Source: Eledone cirrhosa
Lineage: Eukaryota
NCBI GenBank assembly: GCA_964016885.1
Contig: OZ024740.1
Location: 324,012,001-324,076,000, forward strand
Length of the DNA: 64,000 nucleotides
Direction of reading: 5' to 3'
Below, piece by piece: positions 58,801 through 64,000 of this stretch. The notes under the pieces were generated by a model that saw only the letters and a program-made list of their open reading frames with translations, was not told where the DNA came from and did no database searches. The position numbers were made by a program, and so were the translations under genes. How positions within the stretch are numbered: position 1 is the stretch's first letter; every line of letters starts with the position of its first letter.

Positions 58801-58938
58801 ATATATATATATATATATATATATATGTTTATGTGTGTAAATGAATTAATTCCGTCGGAAAAGTCCAGGAAAAAAGAGTGCTCTATGTAGGTAACAGAGC
58901 TTAATAGTTATGTAATAAACAACATAAGGCAATTATTC

Positions 58939-58992
58939 CATTTACCAGTGGTTTCTTAAAAGCAAGAAATTTTGCTTTCAATCCTCAGAATG
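58939..58992 (-). ncRNA. Type-I hammerhead ribozyme (left arm)
   Basis: Mirror image of 59022-59075. Confidence 0.75.
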
Positions 58993-59021
58993 AAAAAATC
59001 CTGGTCAGACCAGGATTTTTT

Positions 59022-59075
59022 CATTCTGAGGATTGAAAGCAAAATTTTTTGCTTTTAAGAAACCACTGGTAAATG
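59022..59075 (+). ncRNA. Type-I hammerhead ribozyme (right arm)
   Basis: CATT-CTGAGGA-TTGAAAGCAAAA(tt)TTTTGCTTTTAA-GAAA-CCACTGG-TA-AATG; GUA site, predicted cut after 59071. Confidence 0.8.
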
Positions 59076-59103
59076 GAATAATTGCCTTATGTTGTTTATT
59101 ACA

Positions 59104-59156
<53 letters not shown>

Positions 59157-59738
59157 CGGAATAAAACATTACTGTTGTGACCATGCTTTACATTATTCTT
59201 CGTGTCAACACGCCTTGCAGCATTTGTTTTAATTTAACATTGGGTACCACTAATTTTTTTCAATATATATATATTTATTTTAAAATGATTAAAAAAAAAC
59301 GCGTATTTATAAAGCTGTACTATTTAATCCGCGTAATGTACGGGTCTGTTTTATATTGAATACTCTCGTTTCACTTTAACACCGTATGACAATTTTCAAG
59401 GCTTAAATCATATTCAAACTTTATATCTCCTACATGCACATATAATTTCTCTACCAATACTTCCATTCTTTGTATAGTAGAGCCTCAAACCAAAACCAAT
59501 TTCGTTTAGTCACCTTCTTCGTTAAACACATGGTGTTCAATAAAATCTTAACACAGAATAGGTATATATATATATATATATTCATGCACCTGTATATATA
59601 TATATTATATATATATATATATATGTATCAGTTGAATTACGATTTTATAATAAAAAATATGTAAATTTCTATACACATTTACATAGTCGCGATTACTTCT
59701 ATACTGTATATATACTAGATACACAAGTAACTATCATT

Positions 59739-59845
59739 AAATCCCGCCGAGGTTAACTTTGCCTTTCATCCTTCGGGGTGGATAAAATAAAGTACCAGTA
59801 ATACACTGAGAATTGCTGGCCTTGTGCCAAAAGTAGAAACAATTA
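59739..59845 (+). mobile_element. SINE family A, 3' half
   Basis: Body and 3' end. Confidence 0.85.
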
Positions 59846-59866
59846 TATATATACATACATATATAA

Positions 59867-60064
59867 AAGTAGTTCCACAACAGTTAGTTCACCATATTGA
59901 GAACAAATGTTTCACCTTATTCGGATCCTCCGAGCTGTGGATCCGAATAAAGTGAAACATTTGTTCTCGATATGGTGAACTAACTGTTGTGGAACTACTT
60001 CTACCTAGCTCGTCACATGGGTTGAGTGCTCTACTACTACGGATATAACCCTCCAGTGTTCTAC

Positions 60065-60066
<2 letters not shown>
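59867..60066. mobile_element. Inverted pair (62-bp arms, 10-nt spacer) with right-hand tail
   Basis: 59867-59928 versus 59939-60000; tail contains TTGAGTGCT (60022-60030); (AT)n flanks. Confidence 0.75.
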
Positions 60067-60155
<89 letters not shown>

Positions 60156-60158
60156 AAT

Positions 60159-60191
<33 letters not shown>

Positions 60192-60407
60192 AATATATAT
60201 ATATATAAATATATATATATAAATATATATATAAATATATATATATATATTGTTATACTTTGGGAGGGTCATGTTGCCAATAAGAAACACACGCACCAGT
60301 TGCTTTCACTTCAATTTAATTTAATATATATTTATAAATTTACAAATTTATAAATTTCTGGTTGGTTGGTTGGTTCCACAACCAGATAGTTGTTTATATA
60401 TATATAT

Positions 60408-60452
60408 AGTCATAGTTCTTTCGTCACACACTCTGTGACCTCTTCAGTGACT
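60408..60452 (-). ncRNA. Hammerhead ribozyme in the PLE pLTR (left arm)
   Basis: Mirror image of 62096-62140. Confidence 0.65.
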
Positions 60453-60749
60453 GGGGATTTCTTTCTTCGTTTCTGTGCCTTTCCTTTCTTCTATCCTACG
60501 CCATTTTGTTTGTGTGTGGGTTGCGTGCTCAGTTTGCGCATGCGCCACATCCGGGTGTCTGTGTGTGTTTGTGTTCATTTTTCTATTTTTCTATTTATAT
60601 TTGTTTGTTTATTTATTTATTTATTGTTGGTTGGTTGTTTGTTCTATGTGTGTGTGTGTTTTCATTTTGTCTTGTGTGTGTTTTCATTTTGTGTGTGTTT
60701 TCAATTGTAAGTTGTTTGTTCTATGTGTGTGTGTGTTTTCATTTTGTCC

Positions 60750-61273
60750 TTAATTGTAAGTTGTGATGTTGCTGTTCCACTCATATTTTCTATTTAATTT
60801 TGGTTTTAATTCTTTTATGCTTACTGCCTCTGTAATTTGCCTAAACATTGCGTCTTTCTTGTGTGTGGATTCTATTTTTATTTCTATGCTCTCTAATTTA
60901 CCCCTGTGTTCTATCTTAGCATGTTGGTAGAGCACAGATGATTCTTTACTATCTTGGAGGTCTCGCCAGTGTTCATTTATTCGTTCCCCTATACTACGAG
61001 CTGTCTCACCTATGTACACTATATTTTTGTTTCTACATTGTCCTTCAGTACATCTTATGCTATATACTACATTTCTAGTTTTACAGTTAATATGGGGGCT
61101 TATTTTACAGGTTATACATTTCTTATCTATACATGAGGGTCTTTGGAACGGGTATGTCTTGCTAATAAGTGTTTTTACGGAGGTACCAGGTCTTTCTACT
61201 ATCTTAATATTGAGATTATGTTTCTTTAGGGCCCTTCTAAATTTGTAGGCTAGTTCGCCTCTAGGGGTTGTAT
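60750..61273 (-). pseudogene. 5'-truncated PLE ORF: Cys-rich linker + GIY-YIG endonuclease (left arm)
   Basis: C..KKCITC, CKTRNVVYSIRC, YIGETARSIGERINEH, H...H, RQITEAVSI....PKLN motifs; the listed start codon is a product of the palindrome junction. Confidence 0.9.
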
Positions 61274-61274
61274 T

Positions 61275-61798
61275 ATACAACCCCTAGAGGCGAACTAGCC
61301 TACAAATTTAGAAGGGCCCTAAAGAAACATAATCTCAATATTAAGATAGTAGAAAGACCTGGTACCTCCGTAAAAACACTTATTAGCAAGACATACCCGT
61401 TCCAAAGACCCTCATGTATAGATAAGAAATGTATAACCTGTAAAATAAGCCCCCATATTAACTGTAAAACTAGAAATGTAGTATATAGCATAAGATGTAC
61501 TGAAGGACAATGTAGAAACAAAAATATAGTGTACATAGGTGAGACAGCTCGTAGTATAGGGGAACGAATAAATGAACACTGGCGAGACCTCCAAGATAGT
61601 AAAGAATCATCTGTGCTCTACCAACATGCTAAGATAGAACACAGGGGTAAATTAGAGAGCATAGAAATAAAAATAGAATCCACACACAAGAAAGACGCAA
61701 TGTTTAGGCAAATTACAGAGGCAGTAAGCATAAAAGAATTAAAACCAAAATTAAATAGAAAATATGAGTGGAACAGCAACATCACAATTTACAATTAA
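61275..61798 (+). pseudogene. 5'-truncated PLE ORF: Cys-rich linker + GIY-YIG endonuclease (right arm)
   Basis: Same protein as the left arm except T/I near the C-terminus; no RT domain present. Confidence 0.9.
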
Positions 61799-62095
61799 GG
61801 ACAAAATGAAAACACACACACACATAGAACAAACAACTTACAATTGAAAACACACACAAAATGAAAACACACACAAGACAAAATGAAAACACACACACAC
61901 ATAGAACAAACAACCAACCAACAATAAATAAATAAATAAACAAACAAATATAAATAGAAAAATAGAAAAATGAACACAAACACACACAGACACCCGGATG
62001 TGGCGCATGCGCAAACTGAGCACGCAACCCACACACAAACAAAATGGCGTAGGATAGAAGAAAGGAAAGGCACAGAAACGAAGAAAGAAATCCCC

Positions 62096-62140
62096 AGTCA
62101 CTGAAGAGGTCACAGAGTGTGTGACGAAAGAACTATGACT
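62096..62140 (+). ncRNA. Minimal hammerhead ribozyme in the PLE pLTR (right arm)
   Basis: AGTCA-CTGAAGA-gGTCACA(gagtg)TGTGAC-GAAA-GAAC-TA-TGACT; stem I AGTCA/TGACT; very short stem III. Confidence 0.7.
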
Positions 62141-62389
62141 ATATATATATATAAACAACTATCTGGTTGTGGAACCAACCAACCAACCAGAAATTTATAA
62201 ATTTGTAAATTTATAAATATATATTAAATTAAATTGAAGTGAAAGCAACTGGTGCGTGTGTTTCTTATTGGCAACATGACCCTCCCAAAGTATAACAATA
62301 TCGGTTTCAACACACGATTTCAGATAAAGAATCTTGCTAAACAAATTCAGAAACGATATATATATATATAAATATATATATATATAAAT

Positions 62390-62525
<136 letters not shown>

Positions 62526-62577
62526 GAAAATATTCAAGACACCGACGGCAAAGCTGGTTCCTTACCACACTTCCTTC

Positions 62578-62760
62578 GTGGATTGTCAGTATCCGTAGAG
62601 GGTCGGACGCCATGCTTTGACGCATAGAGTTATGGCCCTTGCCATTCTCAGTTCAAATCCCGCCGAGGTTAACTTTGCCTTTCATCCTTACGGGGTCGAT
62701 AAAATAAAGTACCAGTAATGTACTGGTTAATTTGCTGCCCTTGTGCCAAAAGTAGAAATA
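62578..62760 (+). mobile_element. SINE family A
   Basis: Near full-length match; an extra 3' fragment lies at ~62882-62940. Confidence 0.9.
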
Positions 62761-62948
62761 AGATTGTTTTGGTAAAAACAGGAGTAAGCAGGAGAAAGCA
62801 CTCAACAATCTTTGTTTTAGTTACGATGGAGAAATTTATAAAATAATAAAATAAGATGCTGAAGTTACATGTAACGTCAGCAAAGTACCAGTAATGTACT
62901 GGGTAATTTCTGGCCTTGTGCCAATAGTAGAAACAATTATATATATAT

Positions 62949-62972
62949 AATTTAGCTCCATTTTTGCCTGAT

Positions 62973-63024
<52 letters not shown>

Positions 63025-63062
63025 ATATATATAAACTAATCAGGCAAAAATGGAGCTAAATT
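62949..63062. repeat. ~32-bp inverted repeat enclosing an (AT)n core
   Basis: AATTTAGCTCCATTTTTGCCTGATTAGTTTAT ... ATAAACTAATCAGGCAAAAATGGAGCTAAATT. Confidence 0.85.
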
Positions 63063-63550
63063 TCAAAGAAAGTGTAGTTAGTTTTAAGTCCTTTAAGCTA
63101 TACCCCACCCTCGTTCACTCATTTACCAATGGACAGACACAATAATTGCGCCTTCCCTCACACACTTTTTTCCTTTTCTTTTGACAATCTTTCAGTCTTC
63201 ATAGCTGATTGATTTTTATCATTGAAAGGGAATCTGATGGCGGCGGTAACTTAGGTTGTTTTTTGCTTCTTCTCCCTCTCGGTTGATGGCATGGCAAGAA
63301 ACTAAACATTATTGCACCGGTTGTTGTTGCTGATAACAGAAATAACAAGTGATAGGTCTTGCCTTTCATGTCACATGGAATCTCCGGAATTTTATCAACG
63401 TTTATTGGAATGTATTGAGAGCAGGGAGTAGGAGTGGAGGGGGGGGGGGGAGAAATAATGGGAGGAAAATCGAGTATAGGTCTAGTTTAAAGACATGACT
63501 AAATTGGGTTATTTTCCTTTCATTTTCCTTTCTTATTCCTTCCCATCACC

Positions 63551-63680
63551 GCGTTGTGGTGAAAGTGTTCGCTTCGCAACGACGTGGTTCTCAGTTCAAT
63601 CCCAGCACATGGTGGCCTCTTGGGCCAGTGTCTTCTACGATAGCTTCGAGTTGATGAATGCATTGTGTATGGAAACCATG
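63551..63680 (+). mobile_element. Diverged tRNA-derived SINE head (third family)
   Basis: GCGTTGTGGTGAAAGTGTTCGCTTCGCAAC..CAGTTCAATCCCAG..TTGGGCCAGTGTCTTCTAC. Confidence 0.5.
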
Positions 63681-64000
63681 CACTTATAGAACAGCAGTAA
63701 AATGACTACAATAACAACAACATGAACAGCAACAGTGACACCTCCATTCTTAACAACAGTATGAAAGACTACAAAAATTAAAACTGCATGCAGCAGTAAA
63801 AAATTTGAAATCTAAACGTATGTGTGTGTATATATCTATGTGTGAGTGTATGTGTGCATGTGAATGTATGTGTGTGTGTGTGTATATATGTGTGCATGTG
63901 CATGCCTGTGTGAGTGTATGTGTGCATGTGAATGTCTGAGTGCGTGTGTATGTATCTATGTCTGAGTATGTATGCATGTGAATGTATGTGTCTGTGTGTC

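Larger units (their letters stand above)
58840..59110. mobile_element. 207-bp palindrome (58904-59110, centre 59007) of two hammerhead-bearing ends plus a left tail
   Basis: 103-bp arms, 1-nt spacer, one visible mismatch. Confidence 0.85.
60247..62357. mobile_element. Penelope-like element (Neptune-type) as an inverted duplication of its 3' ~1 kb
   Basis: Arms 60247-61273 and 61275-62301 are reverse complements about centre 61274; the right arm extends ~55 bp further; GIY-YIG ORF end plus hammerhead in each arm; (AT)n flanks. Confidence 0.92.

Noticed and set aside
61268-61798. Stand-alone expressed GIY-YIG nuclease gene
   Set aside because: The start is a TTG created at the palindrome centre; it is the truncated C-terminus of a PLE polyprotein

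Overview
Eukaryotic, AT-rich, repeat-dominated genomic DNA. It is most likely an octopod cephalopod, inferred from the SINE families and the microsatellite load. I can support no host protein-coding exon, and nearly all ORFs in the track are translated microsatellites. Contents: (1) about 20 copies or fragments of a tRNA-derived SINE; (2) a ~17.9 kb array of a 52-bp satellite (30160-48040) with nested 2252-bp and 5596-bp higher-order repeats; (3) a near-perfect 2055-bp palindrome (60247-62301) made of two 5'-truncated Penelope-like element (PLE, Neptune-type GIY-YIG) ends, each with a hammerhead ribozyme; (4) an RTE-type LINE 3' end, MITEs and minisatellites. The most interesting signal is a dense population of short non-coding elements from several apparently unrelated families, all embedded in (AT)n tracts. 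They carry minimal type-I hammerhead ribozymes (including U3-A8 core variants and a 64-bp tandem array), often form head-to-head palindromes with one longer 3' tail, and share a GAGTRC(T) tail motif. All coordinates were read by eye; the boundaries of degenerate elements are approximate.
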